This document shows positions 1-10,364 of a stretch of 64,000 nucleotides of DNA, in pieces. Positions within the stretch are counted from its first letter, which is position 1. The number at the start of each line of letters is the position of its first letter. Position numbers and translations under genes: made by a program. This DNA comes from Promethearchaeota archaeon (GTDB taxonomy: Archaea; Asgardarchaeota; Lokiarchaeia; Sigyniarchaeales; SOKP01), in NCBI GenBank assembly GCA_048937405.1, contig JBHLNF010000010.1, positions 75,764-139,763 of the forward strand, given 5' to 3'. A model generated the notes under the pieces. That model worked only from the letters and a program-made list of their open reading frames with translations. It was not told the DNA's origin and ran no database searches.

Positions 1-474
1 TTTGTAGGAGTGATAATAGCGGGTTATGGTTGGTTTTTATTAGGTTGGATTGGTTTTTGGTTATTTTTCTTTGAATTTTGGGAGATTCGAATTCTATGTA
101 GTCATTGTCCTTTCTATGCTGAAGAGGGGAAAACATTACATTGCATTGCTAATTATGGCAGCTTTAAACTATGGAAATTTCACCCAGAACCTATGAATTT
201 GTCTGAAAAAATTCAATTACTAATTGGTTTTATTATTCTTGTTGGGTATCCTTTAATTTTTTTGATATTAGATGCTCAAACAATCTTTTTAATAATTTGT
301 ATTATTGAAATTTCCATTTTCTTTATTTTTTTAATCACAAAAAGGTGCGGAAATTGTTTAAATTTCTCTTGTCCTCTCAATCGTGTAAAAAAAGAAATAG
401 TCGATTGTTTTCTTAAAAAAAATCCAGTAATGGGAATGGCTTGGAAAGATAAAGGATATAAAATCTTAAAATAA
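1..474 (+). CDS. Cys-rich uncharacterised membrane protein (probably 5'-truncated by window)
   Basis: Frame is open from base 1 through the GTG at 10. Hydrophobic segments plus CSHCPFY...C and CGNCLNFSCP Cys clusters. Confidence 0.7.
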   Translation, partial: FVGVIIAGYGWFLLGWIGFWLFFFEFWEIRILCSHCPFYAEEGKTLHCIANYGSFKLWKFHPEPMNLSEKIQLLIGFIILVGYPLIFLILDAQTIFLIICIIEISIFFIFLITKRCGNCLNFSCPLNRVKKEIVDCFLKKNPVMGMAWKDKGYKILK

Positions 475-566
475 TAAATTGTGAATCATTCGAGAATTTA
501 TAATAAACAGTCACAGTATTTAACAGAAAGTATTTATAGAGAATCGCCAAATACTTTTTTCTCTGG

Positions 567-1748
567 CTATTTCTTTACATAACAACGAACTGGAAAACCG
601 TTTGAAATTGCTGCTAGACAACGATTGCAAGAAATACAAGCTGCCTTTTCTTGTTTTCCTTCTTTAAAAGATTTAACTAAATAAGGTTCCCTAATGAATG
701 GTCTTGCCATTGAAATAAAATCTGTAAAGCCTTTTTCTATAATTTCTTCAAAATAAGCTTTATTTCTCAAACCACCTACGACAATTATGGGTAATTTACC
801 AATAATTTTTTTGATTTCTTTTGCAGCTTCAACATTATAACCTTCCTCTAATTCAAATTTTCCTTTCATGTCTAATAAAGATTTTTCTGCTAATGGTTTT
901 ATCTTATCTGGCAAATATTCAGTAAATTCTTTGACTGGAACAGTTCCACGACACATATTAAATATAGAGAAAGTTGTTGAACCAGCGCTAACCTCAATTC
1001 CATCAATACCTGATTTTTTAAGCCATTTTGCATATTTACATGCTAAGGGGATATTGATTCCTTTTCCTGGAGTGTAATCTACAGTATTAAGTTTTAATAA
1101 AAGAGCCATATCTCTTGGAATGACTTTTTTAATGTTTATTATAATTTCTTTGGTATACTTAAAACGATTTTCATCTGTTCCGCCCCACTTATCTTTTCTA
1201 CGATTATAAAAAGGAGAGAGAAACTGATTGATTAAGTATCCATGAGCACCATGCAATTGAATTGCATCCGCGCCTGCTTCAACGGCACGCCTAGCAGCCT
1301 CAATAAATGATTCAATTGACTCTTGGATATCTTCTTCGGTCATTTCTTTTGGTTTGGTAAAGGTTATTGGATTCATAACTTGTTTGGAGGGCCCCAAAGG
1401 AAGAGACCCTATTATTGCTTTATGTGTTTGCAATCCTCCATGTCCTATTTGAAATGCAACTTTTCCATCTTCTCTATGAATCATGTTAACCATTCGTTTT
1501 AGACTAGGAATTAAATCATCATTATGAATTCCTGTTTGATTTTTGGATATCTGTCCTAAAGGATGCACATACATAAAGCCTGTAATAATTAAGCCAATTT
1601 CACCTTTAGCAAGGACACTAAAAAGTTTAATAAGTTGTTCAGATACTTCACCAGATTCATGAGCCAAATTGGTAACTACTGCTGAACGTACAAAACGATT
1701 TTTTACTTCTATTTTTCCAATATTCATTGATTTAAATAAAATTGAAAT
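567..1748 (-). CDS. NADH:flavin oxidoreductase, Old Yellow Enzyme family
   Basis: KNRFVRSA, QIGHGG, LHGAHGYLINQFLSP, ARPFIREP motifs and C-terminal CISCNRC. Proposed start is ATT at 1748 (SILFKSMNIG) behind GGTGAT; the ORF track starts at 1727. Confidence 0.92.
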   Translation of the reverse strand: MSILFKSMNIGKIEVKNRFVRSAVVTNLAHESGEVSEQLIKLFSVLAKGEIGLIITGFMYVHPLGQISKNQTGIHNDDLIPSLKRMVNMIHREDGKVAFQIGHGGLQTHKAIIGSLPLGPSKQVMNPITFTKPKEMTEEDIQESIESFIEAARRAVEAGADAIQLHGAHGYLINQFLSPFYNRRKDKWGGTDENRFKYTKEIIINIKKVIPRDMALLLKLNTVDYTPGKGINIPLACKYAKWLKKSGIDGIEVSAGSTTFSIFNMCRGTVPVKEFTEYLPDKIKPLAEKSLLDMKGKFELEEGYNVEAAKEIKKIIGKLPIIVVGGLRNKAYFEEIIEKGFTDFISMARPFIREPYLVKSFKEGKQEKAACISCNRCLAAISNGFPVRCYVKK

Positions 1749-1975
1749 AATTTATCACCATTTTTACACATTTCATAAATTTTTACTTAATTTTGAGATC
1801 CCTTAGTAAATATAATAGTTCATTAATAGTTGAGGATGATTATAACATTTAAAATTCTTAGATAATATTATTATCTAATTTTTAATGATTTCTTTTATTT
1901 AAATAAAGAAAACACACTTTTTAATTAAAATAAAACCTTTAAATTGTTTAAAGAAACTTAATATAACAGAATATT

Positions 1976-2341
1976 TTGTCTATTTTGGAAATTTTGAAAG
2001 AAAAAAGATGTCGGGTTATTAAGAAATACGAATCGCCATATACAGATCCTTTTTTAATAACTAAGGGAGAAATGTTATCTATTAGTGAAAAAGATAGTGA
2101 ATGGTCAGGATGGATATGGTGTACCAAAAAAAATGGAATAAGTCGTTGGGTACCTGAGAGTTATCTTGAAATCGAGGGAAATTCTGGTAAAGCAAACCAA
2201 GATTATAAGGCAACAGAACTTTCTGTTAATGTGGGAGAAGAATTATTCATTGAACAAGAAGAAGCTGAATGGTATTGGGTTACAAATCAGCAAGGAAAAA
2301 GTGGTTGGGTTCCAATTAAAAATGTTCAATTAATTATGTAA
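1976..2341 (+). CDS. Tandem SH3-domain protein
   Basis: Two SH3-like units: KYESPY..ITKGE..WSGWIWC..WVPESYL and QDYKATELSVNVGE..WYWV..GKSGWVP. Confidence 0.8.
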   Translation: MSILEILKEKRCRVIKKYESPYTDPFLITKGEMLSISEKDSEWSGWIWCTKKNGISRWVPESYLEIEGNSGKANQDYKATELSVNVGEELFIEQEEAEWYWVTNQQGKSGWVPIKNVQLIM

Positions 2342-2921
2342 CGAGATCGGATTTCATACTATTTTGAAACAATTTTAAATGATTTAATCCTTTACTATTA
2401 AGGATTTCTTTCAACATAATCTTAAAGACTATTTCTACGTTCTCTCCTGTTTTTGAAGAACATTCAAGATAAGCATATAATTTGTGTGAATATAATAAAT
2501 CTAATGCTTCTTCTTTTTTACAAATTCTCTGTTGTTCAAGATCTAATTTGCTGCCAACCATTAATATAGGTAGTTTTCCCATTATTTTTCTAATTTCTGG
2601 AAGCCAATTAACTATATTAGTTAGACTTTCATAATTAGTAAGGTCAAACATAAAAATTCCACCAGATGATCCTTTAGCATATGAGGGAATTAGGAATTTA
2701 AACCTATCTTCACCACCAAAATCCCATACTTGAAGTATTATTTGTCCATTCTCAAAATAAAAATATTTTATATGTATCGTTGCTCCAAGAGTTGATTTAA
2801 TGTATTCATGATATTTATTTGTAATATAACGATCTATTAATGTCGTTTTTCCAACACCACTATCACCAAAGATACAAATTTTATATGTTAAATTTATCCG
2901 ATCTTCATTAGATCCTTCCAA
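2334..2921 (-). CDS. Rab-like small GTPase
   Basis: G1 GDSGVGKT, G2 STLG, G3 WDFGGE, G4 SKLD, G5 SSK. No C-terminal prenylation Cys. Confidence 0.92.
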   Translation of the reverse strand: MEGSNEDRINLTYKICIFGDSGVGKTTLIDRYITNKYHEYIKSTLGATIHIKYFYFENGQIILQVWDFGGEDRFKFLIPSYAKGSSGGIFMFDLTNYESLTNIVNWLPEIRKIMGKLPILMVGSKLDLEQQRICKKEEALDLLYSHKLYAYLECSSKTGENVEIVFKIMLKEILNSKGLNHLKLFQNSMKSDLVT

Positions 2922-3330
2922 TTCTGAACATCCTCAACAAAAATAATGAATCTTTATAATTTAATTATAAAAAAACCTATTCTTATACCTTTAATCAAGA
3001 TTTGCTATTTCTTGAAAAAAATATTATATGGTGATTATTTTTTCATTAATTTAAATATTTTACTTTTCAAATTTGTAAATTATATTAGAATAAGAATTAA
3101 ATAACTTCTTATTTCGTATAAATAATAAAAATTTAAGATTTAACGTTTGATTATAAGACAGTAATTATTGGTGGTATTGAACTAAAGTTACAAAGGCAAT
3201 TCCAAACCATATAGTGTTCCACATAAAACAATTCATTGAATGGTTGGATTCCTAGTAAATTGTACAAATAACTAATAAAATATGAATCACTAAATATTAT
3301 CAACAAAACATTAAACTCATTTGTCAAATC

Positions 3331-4140
3331 ATGTCTAAATACTCAAATAGTAAAGATTGGTTCGAAATCATTAAGCAAAAAGATTATTTATATGTTATTC
3401 GAGAAAGATTAGATGAAATTGATCCTCGATTTCATACTACTTATACTAACTTATATTTAATTTTAGGTTCTCATTCTGCTTTATTGATCGATACTGGTTC
3501 TGGATTATTTCCACTTAGGCATATTGTAGATAATTTAATCTTAGATAGAAAATTAAAAGTAATAAATACTCATTCTCACTTTGATCATATTGGTGGAAAT
3601 CATGAATTTGAAAAAATTCACATTCATAATGAAGAACGAGAGCAAATTTTAAAACCTCATGGTATTTCTTTTTTAAAAGAATCTTCTAAAGAAATAACTA
3701 AACTTTATAAAAATAAGAATTATTCCCTTCCACCTGCTAAAGATATCCAACTGGTTAAAGATGAGGAAATTATAGATCTTGGGGATAAATCTGTGAAAGT
3801 TATTCATACACCAGGTCATTCATCTGGTTCAATCTGTTTATATACTAACGAAAATGAACTTTTTACGGGAGATACTGCTCATTATGGAACAATGTATCTT
3901 TCAGAAATAAGGTTTCCTATTTTTCTATCAAGTATCTCAAAATTACTTAATTTGATTCAAAATTTAGAAGATATTGAAATTTTTCCTTCTCATGAAGAAT
4001 TCGCTGTAAGCAAAGATTTACTGATAGATCTTAGGAAGGGTATAAATGAGATTGATAAGATTTGGGATACAAAAACTCGAGATGATTTTTTTGAAGCTTG
4101 GTTATTATCAGATGAAAATTTTAAATATTTGATATTTTGA
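3331..4140 (+). CDS. MBL-fold metallo-hydrolase
   Basis: IDTG, THSHFDHIGG, TPGHS, FTGD and PSH motifs. Confidence 0.9.
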   Translation: MSKYSNSKDWFEIIKQKDYLYVIRERLDEIDPRFHTTYTNLYLILGSHSALLIDTGSGLFPLRHIVDNLILDRKLKVINTHSHFDHIGGNHEFEKIHIHNEEREQILKPHGISFLKESSKEITKLYKNKNYSLPPAKDIQLVKDEEIIDLGDKSVKVIHTPGHSSGSICLYTNENELFTGDTAHYGTMYLSEIRFPIFLSSISKLLNLIQNLEDIEIFPSHEEFAVSKDLLIDLRKGINEIDKIWDTKTRDDFFEAWLLSDENFKYLIF

Positions 4141-4156
4141 ATTGATTTCTCTTTAA

Positions 4157-4612
4157 TTACATTTTCATTTTAACTGCTACTATTTCTCCTGTAGCACATT
4201 CTTTATCTCTAACAAAAAGCGAACATGACACATTAATTTTTCTTTCCTGCATATCCTTTATTCGCGCTCTGAAAATCCATGGTTTATTCAATGGGGCCGG
4301 ATTCAAAAATTTCACAGATAAACTTCCTGTTAAATATAACATTGGTGGATCTGTTCCAAATTCTCGACCTTCAGCTCTGTAAGCGGCGGAAATTGCAGTA
4401 TTAAGACAGTGACAATCAAGAATAGTGGCTATTATTCCCCCACATCCTCTACCAGGAAAGGCACAGTAATATTTTTTTGGTTTCCAAGTGCAAATACACT
4501 CTTCTCCTTCCCAATAGCTCTTTATTTGCAATCCATGTTCATTATTTTTACCACATCCCCAACAATAAGTGCCCATTTCAGGCCATTGATCTTGTATTGC
4601 TCTATTTTCCAT
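4157..4612 (-). CDS. PaaI/hotdog-fold thioesterase family protein
   Basis: CWGCG..N..GL, GGIIATILDC and T..LSVKFL.P motifs. Confidence 0.85.
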   Translation of the reverse strand: MENRAIQDQWPEMGTYCWGCGKNNEHGLQIKSYWEGEECICTWKPKKYYCAFPGRGCGGIIATILDCHCLNTAISAAYRAEGREFGTDPPMLYLTGSLSVKFLNPAPLNKPWIFRARIKDMQERKINVSCSLFVRDKECATGEIVAVKMKM

Positions 4613-4743
4613 AAATAATCCTCTTTTTTGATTTTATATAAAGTTATTTCTTTAATAATACGAAAATAATTAACTATCTTACTATAATTTCTTTATGAAA
4701 TATCAATATTATTTAAAAAGATTTTAAGGATAAATTGAGGAAA

Positions 4744-5457
4744 TTAAGTCTTTTTCCACCAATAAGGAAAGTCTACTGAAATTAATTCATTGGAATTTAA
4801 AAGTAATATCTTATCTTCTAAAAATGTTAAAGCAAATCCTCCTAGATATGATACCCAATTCTTACTTGGAGGAATTCCAAACCAACCAAAACGTAGTGCT
4901 ATTAAAAAAAAATCATGTGTAATATGGATATCTATATTTCTACCAGGCCCCTCTTTTAATTTTTTCAAAAAAAGTTCAGCTGCTTTTTTACAGTATTCCT
5001 GTAGAGGTGTTATTTCATTTGGAGAATATAAACCTGCGATCCAACGAAAAAAGAACTGCTTACCTGAATACTTTTTTATTTGATTTGGGAAAAAATCTCG
5101 CGCAGTTTCTAAATTAAAAAGAGGCCCAAAGGAACCTAAGATTTCACCTTCTCCATCAATATTTTTAAATCCAGATAAAATATCTTCTGCTGTTTCTTGA
5201 CACCTCCAAACAACGCTATGAAATAATCGAATAGATCTATTTCTAGGTAGTTCTTCACCGAATTTTCTAGCAATCATATGTCCTTCAGGAGTTAATCTAA
5301 GTTTGATTATTGTATCTAACTCTTTAGGTTCATCTCTTTGAGAATGTCTAAGAATAAGTAGGATTTTTGAGTTATCTGGAAATTTTTTAAGTCCTTCGAT
5401 TATTTGTCGTGCTTCAGAAGTCCAATCAGCTTCTTCCCAAATTTTATTGATATCCAT
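4744..5457 (-). CDS. Histidine phosphatase (phosphoglycerate mutase-like) family protein
   Basis: LRHS, LTPEG, RCQETA and ITHD motifs. Confidence 0.85.
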   Translation of the reverse strand: MDINKIWEEADWTSEARQIIEGLKKFPDNSKILLILRHSQRDEPKELDTIIKLRLTPEGHMIARKFGEELPRNRSIRLFHSVVWRCQETAEDILSGFKNIDGEGEILGSFGPLFNLETARDFFPNQIKKYSGKQFFFRWIAGLYSPNEITPLQEYCKKAAELFLKKLKEGPGRNIDIHITHDFFLIALRFGWFGIPPSKNWVSYLGGFALTFLEDKILLLNSNELISVDFPYWWKKT

Positions 5458-5560
5458 GTAAATTAGAATATTATATACCTTTAGAAAATTTACTTTTTAT
5501 AAATTAAAAGGATAAGTTAATGATGATGCGATATTTATAATAAAGAAAAATTAAAATAAG

Positions 5561-5896
5561 CTATTTTTCACTCAATCCAGTTAAGACTTGTTCCATTTTC
5601 TTTCGGTAAATTTCAAAAGCTTCTCTACCTTGTTTACTGAGTTTCAAAATGGTTTGTGGTTTTTTACCCTTAAACTTTTTTTCTACTTCCACGTATCCTA
5701 CAGATTCAAGTCTGTTTAAATGAGAAGATAAATTTCCATCAGTTAATCCTGTTTGATTTCTCAAGAAAACGAAATCAGCACTCTCAACAACATATAAAAC
5801 TGACATAATCATCAATCTTGATGGTTCATGAATGATTTTATCAATGTCGCTGAGTGGTTGGATAATATCCTCTGATTCCGCTTTCTTCTTTGCCAT
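5561..5896 (-). CDS. Winged-helix transcriptional regulator (MarR/HTH_34-like)
   Basis: IHEPSRL.IM..L, F..L....LTDGNLSSHL..LE..GYV...K.F.GKKP.T pattern. Last gene of the minus-strand operon. Confidence 0.9.
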   Translation of the reverse strand: MAKKKAESEDIIQPLSDIDKIIHEPSRLMIMSVLYVVESADFVFLRNQTGLTDGNLSSHLNRLESVGYVEVEKKFKGKKPQTILKLSKQGREAFEIYRKKMEQVLTGLSEK

Positions 5897-5906
5897 TGAA
5901 ACACTT

Positions 5907-6542
5907 CTATTTTGTTAACTGATAATTTCTAAAAAATGTTATAAAATAATATAAACCAATTATTACAATTACCCCTCCCATAATACCAAAAGGAAGTAAA
6001 GTATCCAGAGGGGTCCCTACGATTGGATAAAGCAATTCTGTTAAAAAAAAACCTAATCCTGCCAGAATGGCATAAATATATAATCTTGTGAAATCTAAAA
6101 AATAAGCTACTACTACAAAAGGTAAGGTTATTGCCACTAATCCAAGAATTAATGCCATTATAAGTGGTTCGAATTTTATGGAATTAACTAAGTCTGTAAA
6201 AGTTAAAATCAATAGAACGATATTTAAAATTAAAAATGCAAATAAAAATAGCCTGAGTTTTTGTTGCTTTGATTTACGCTTTGGTCCAAATTTAACAATT
6301 CCTAGACGTGGAATAGTGATAAGCTTCTTCCCTAAATAAAATATCAAAAAAGCACTAATATTTAAGATTAAGCTCGGAATAACAGCAATCCATAAGTCAT
6401 CCCAATTGAGAATTGAACTCAAAAAAGTACTAAACCCTAAACTTAATATAATCAAACCGATAAATAAATCCCATAATCCATCCTCGAAAATTGACCTATA
6501 CGCTTTTCTCTCAAGTGATCTTAAATCTACATTTTCAGTCAT
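5907..6542 (-). CDS. Multi-pass membrane protein, paralogue 1 of 4
   Basis: About 6 hydrophobic helices. Shared DG..D...G, PR.G..K.G and R.Y..G/A motifs. Confidence 0.85.
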   Translation of the reverse strand: MTENVDLRSLERKAYRSIFEDGLWDLFIGLIILSLGFSTFLSSILNWDDLWIAVIPSLILNISAFLIFYLGKKLITIPRLGIVKFGPKRKSKQQKLRLFLFAFLILNIVLLILTFTDLVNSIKFEPLIMALILGLVAITLPFVVVAYFLDFTRLYIYAILAGLGFFLTELLYPIVGTPLDTLLPFGIMGGVIVIIGLYYFITFFRNYQLTK

Positions 6543-7184
6543 CTATTGAGTCCTCTCCTCTTTTGGTAGTGGATATCTCTTGAGAAAACGAATAAAAAGT
6601 GCTAAACCCATTAAAAAAATAACGGCTCCTATTATTCCATATGATAAAAGCGATCTAGTAACCCAATCCATTGAATCATATAATAACGCATTGATGAAAT
6701 TTGCTAACCATATAAGCAATCCAATTAGATATAATCGTGGGAATTTCATCAAAAATCCCATTATCGCGAAAGTAGGTATAAAAAGTAAGCCAGTTATTAA
6801 CATAAATATCATTTCTGATACTTTTGATCCCGAGCCACTTCCTGTAAATAATAGGATAAGAAGTATTAATTCTATTAACAATTGAATAGATACTAATATA
6901 AATAACTTCTTTCTTATTGACTTTATAGAGGGACCCGGTTTAACCACTCCAGTTCTGGGTTGAATGATGTATTTGGTAACATAAAAAGTTGATACAAGGG
7001 ATATAAAAACAACAATCAATTGCCACAAAAAATATTTATATGGTGAAGGCAAACTCTCATAAAAGAAGGGAAAAAAACCCATTCCCAAAAGTAAAAAGCC
7101 AAATATTAAATCAATAAAACCATGTTGGTGAGCCGTTTTGAGAATATTTTTCTCAATTTTTTTAAAATTAAAATTCTCTGCCAT
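6543..7184 (-). CDS. Multi-pass membrane protein, paralogue 2 of 4
   Basis: Same motifs as neighbours. Close paralogue of 7188-7826. Confidence 0.85.
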   Translation of the reverse strand: MAENFNFKKIEKNILKTAHQHGFIDLIFGFLLLGMGFFPFFYESLPSPYKYFLWQLIVVFISLVSTFYVTKYIIQPRTGVVKPGPSIKSIRKKLFILVSIQLLIELILLILLFTGSGSGSKVSEMIFMLITGLLFIPTFAIMGFLMKFPRLYLIGLLIWLANFINALLYDSMDWVTRSLLSYGIIGAVIFLMGLALFIRFLKRYPLPKEERTQ

Positions 7185-7187
7185 TTT

Positions 7188-7826
7188 TTAAGTCAACTCC
7201 TCTATTGATAATGGATGTTTCTTAAGAAAACGAATAAAAAGTGATAAACCCATTATAAAAATAATACCTCCCATAATCCCATACGATAAGAGATATCTAA
7301 TTGTATAGTCTATGGAATCCTGTAATAGCTCGTTGATGAATATAGCTAACCATATAAGCAATCCGATTAGATATAATCGGGGATATTTCATCAAATAGCC
7401 AATTATTCCAAAAATAGGTATAATAAATAAACCTATAATTAATATAAACATAATTCCTGTTACTTTTATCCCTGAACCACTTCCTGTAATTAATGAGATA
7501 ATAAGTATTAACTGGATTGTTAATTGAATAATTATCACAATGAATAATTTTTTTCTCATTGATTTTATAGAAGCACCTGGTTTAGCAATCCCTGTTCTCG
7601 GTTGAATGACGTATTTAATAACAGTAATAAGACACACCTCCGCTATTATCACAAGAATTAATGGCCATAAAAAATACTTATATGGTGAGGGTAAGGTTTC
7701 ACGAAAGAAAGGACCAAAACCCATTCCCGCAACTATAAAGCCAATAAGCATATCAAAAGAACCATGCTGGTGGGCTGTTTTGAGAATATTTTTCTCAATT
7801 TTCTTTATATCAATATTTTCAACCAT
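7188..7826 (-). CDS. Multi-pass membrane protein, paralogue 3 of 4
   Basis: Shares KKIEKNILKTAHQHG, LPSPYKYFLW and IQPRTG with paralogue 2. Confidence 0.85.
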   Translation of the reverse strand: MVENIDIKKIEKNILKTAHQHGSFDMLIGFIVAGMGFGPFFRETLPSPYKYFLWPLILVIIAEVCLITVIKYVIQPRTGIAKPGASIKSMRKKLFIVIIIQLTIQLILIISLITGSGSGIKVTGIMFILIIGLFIIPIFGIIGYLMKYPRLYLIGLLIWLAIFINELLQDSIDYTIRYLLSYGIMGGIIFIMGLSLFIRFLKKHPLSIEELT

Positions 7827-7829
7827 TTT

Positions 7830-8477
7830 TTAAGCCATCTCCTCTTTTGATAAAGGGTATTTCCGGAGAAATTTAATTAAAGATACAATTCCCATGATTA
7901 TTGTTATCCCACTTATAATGCTAAATACTACTAGAACGTCAAAAGGTTCAGGTATAAAAATTGATAATAAATCTGACAAAAAGAAACTTAATCCCACCAG
8001 TAAGCCGATGATATAAAAACGAGGATGTTGGATGAAATATGCCGCAAAACATACAGGAGCTGTTATAAAGAGTAATCCTAAAATTAATCCATCTAAATAT
8101 CCTGGAAATTCTAAGCTTAATTCAGGATTAGTAAATCGGATTAAAAATAGGATTAAAAGAATAAGGAGATTTATAGATAATACAACTAAAGTTTTTAATT
8201 TACGTCCTTTTCGTTTAATTCCAAATTTTACTATTCCTAATCTAGGTTGAGTAATCATTTTTTTTGCAGTTAAAAAAAAAGCTAACCCAATTCCAATAAA
8301 AATAATTGGAATAAATTTATCGAGAGGATTAGGCACCACAGGACTAAGAGTCATCCCCATACCAAGCCCTAGAATTAATATACCAAAATAGATATCTAAA
8401 ATTCCATCTTCAAGGGTAGATCTCCATGTTTTTTTCTCAATTTCCTTTAAATCAATCTTTTCTGTTATTTTTTTCAC
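7830..8477 (-). CDS. Multi-pass membrane protein, paralogue 4 of 4
   Basis: Same family. The called GTG is part of a GGTGA SD; alignment to paralogue N-termini suggests a start at ATA 8468 (ITEKIDL vs MTENVDL). Confidence 0.85.
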   Translation of the reverse strand: MKKITEKIDLKEIEKKTWRSTLEDGILDIYFGILILGLGMGMTLSPVVPNPLDKFIPIIFIGIGLAFFLTAKKMITQPRLGIVKFGIKRKGRKLKTLVVLSINLLILLILFLIRFTNPELSLEFPGYLDGLILGLLFITAPVCFAAYFIQHPRFYIIGLLVGLSFFLSDLLSIFIPEPFDVLVVFSIISGITIIMGIVSLIKFLRKYPLSKEEMA

Positions 8478-8491
8478 CTTAATATTATATT

Positions 8492-8587
8492 TTAAGACAT
8501 ATTTTCTAAGAATATCATAATGTTTACTATAAAAATTGCAGAAAACACAATGATTATTATGATTCTTAAAACTAATATCTTTTTCAT
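8492..8587 (-). CDS. 31-aa single-TM small protein (not in ORF track)
   Basis: MKKILVLRIIIIIVFSAIFIVNIMIFLENMS*, with GGAGGA 7 nt before the ATG, co-oriented inside the operon. Confidence 0.55.
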   Translation of the reverse strand: MKKILVLRIIIIIVFSAIFIVNIMIFLENMS

Positions 8588-8677
8588 TAATTTATCCTCC
8601 GTTGATTTATTATTTTTTATTTCTTAATTGATAACCTATTAGAAAAAAGAAAGAAATGAAATTTCTTCGAACTAATT

Positions 8678-10357
8678 TTACTCCAATCTATTCAATTTTT
8701 TCATACCAAAATACAAAAGTGGAAGGCTCACCCCGATATTATACAGAAATAGAGGTGCTTGTATAACTAACCTCATCATCTCTACATTTCCAGGATTAAT
8801 AAATATCAATAATCCTATTGGTATAAACATTAAAGGTTGTAAAAGTAACATAGAGATCATTGTATTTCCTTTCATACTTGAATCTTTTTCTCCGAAAGCG
8901 GGAGAAATACATTGGAGTCCCATCGCTTGACACATTGAAATCTCTGCAAACATCAAAAATTCAACAAAAAAAATCACTGTATTGAAAAGATCTATATCAG
9001 AGAATATCGTAAGCATTGTAGTAATAAATATTGTTAAGAAGATATTAAAGATTAGCATTATAAGCAGATAAGAATATACAATTGCTTTAATTCCCCTTGG
9101 AGATCTCTTGTAAACCCAAATTAAATCCTTTGAATCAATAAAAGCGAGATGCCCAACAATTATACTTCCTATTCCTCCTCCTATAGCTATCAATATAGTA
9201 GAACTGAAAATTGTCATAGCTTCATCCTCAACCATTCTTGAAATAAACCAACTCATAAATCCTAGAAGTCCTACTACATAAGCAACTCTAGCAATATTCG
9301 CCTTTTTTCTGAAAAACCTTTTTAGTTGTATAACAATTAAACCTCCCCACTTACGACCAGAAATTTTTCTCACGAGCTTATAGAAGGGATTTTCATGCTC
9401 AATGATTGTAATACTGCTCTTTTCGACACCACCTTCTAAAGTATAGAAGGATTCCGCTTTTCTATATGAAAGATATAAGGTAATAATTGGTATCCCAACG
9501 GCTAATAACACATTAATCCATATATTCAGTATGAAAGTATTAATTAAAACGGGATCAATTGAGTACAATATAATATTTGAAAACCATAGAGATGGATAAA
9601 AAGCTAGCCAATTTTTTAGTTCAGGATGCTCCAATAGATAGTTAAGGAAAAACATTATCGCGTACATTATTACAACTAAAAGAATGGTAAATACCCATAT
9701 CAATGTCTTTCCTAAATCTCTTGCTTTTTCATTTTTAGAAATTTTATGTTCAATCCAGCTTCCGATGATTGATCCTATTAAATTCGCAAAATATACATGA
9801 CCAAAAACTGTTCCATATATTATGAGATACTGGATCACCGTTAAATTGATAATAGGATTTATCAATCCAACGATGATTGGGGCAATTAATAAGATTGCAA
9901 TTGAATACATGGGAGCTTTACCTAAGAATTCTCCTAAAAAGATATCATTTGCCTTAACGGGGGTTGCCAATAATATTTCTTTGGATCCAATTTCTTCCTC
10001 CTTATATACATTATTTAACGGGTATATTACTAACACTAAAAACAGCATCATCATGATAGACTCAATGGTAATTGCAATCACCGGTTTAAATACATCGGAA
10101 AATTGTTCCGCTAAAGTTGGCATAAACAAATCAAATAGATAAGGCGCAATAACTACTGCCCATATAACTAAAAATGAATACAATGCAATAAAAAATAATA
10201 TTCGATGATTTCTGAAACTACTTGTTCTAATTCTTATCTCATTTTTAGCAATAGCTTTCCATAAACTCTTCTTTTGATGTGCAAGTCTAATAGAGTCTTC
10301 CTTCTTGATATCTGTTTCGGTTGAATCAATTAATTCTTCAGTTGTGAGTACTTTCAT
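8678..10357 (-). CDS. ABC exporter permease (large, about 12-14 TM)
   Basis: Highly hydrophobic, with LLATPV...IFLGEFL ABC-2-type motif and duplicated organisation. Directly downstream of the ATPase. Confidence 0.8.
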   Translation of the reverse strand: MKVLTTEELIDSTETDIKKEDSIRLAHQKKSLWKAIAKNEIRIRTSSFRNHRILFFIALYSFLVIWAVVIAPYLFDLFMPTLAEQFSDVFKPVIAITIESIMMMLFLVLVIYPLNNVYKEEEIGSKEILLATPVKANDIFLGEFLGKAPMYSIAILLIAPIIVGLINPIINLTVIQYLIIYGTVFGHVYFANLIGSIIGSWIEHKISKNEKARDLGKTLIWVFTILLVVIMYAIMFFLNYLLEHPELKNWLAFYPSLWFSNIILYSIDPVLINTFILNIWINVLLAVGIPIITLYLSYRKAESFYTLEGGVEKSSITIIEHENPFYKLVRKISGRKWGGLIVIQLKRFFRKKANIARVAYVVGLLGFMSWFISRMVEDEAMTIFSSTILIAIGGGIGSIIVGHLAFIDSKDLIWVYKRSPRGIKAIVYSYLLIMLIFNIFLTIFITTMLTIFSDIDLFNTVIFFVEFLMFAEISMCQAMGLQCISPAFGEKDSSMKGNTMISMLLLQPLMFIPIGLLIFINPGNVEMMRLVIQAPLFLYNIGVSLPLLYFGMKKLNRLE

Positions 10358-10364
10358 GTGAAAT

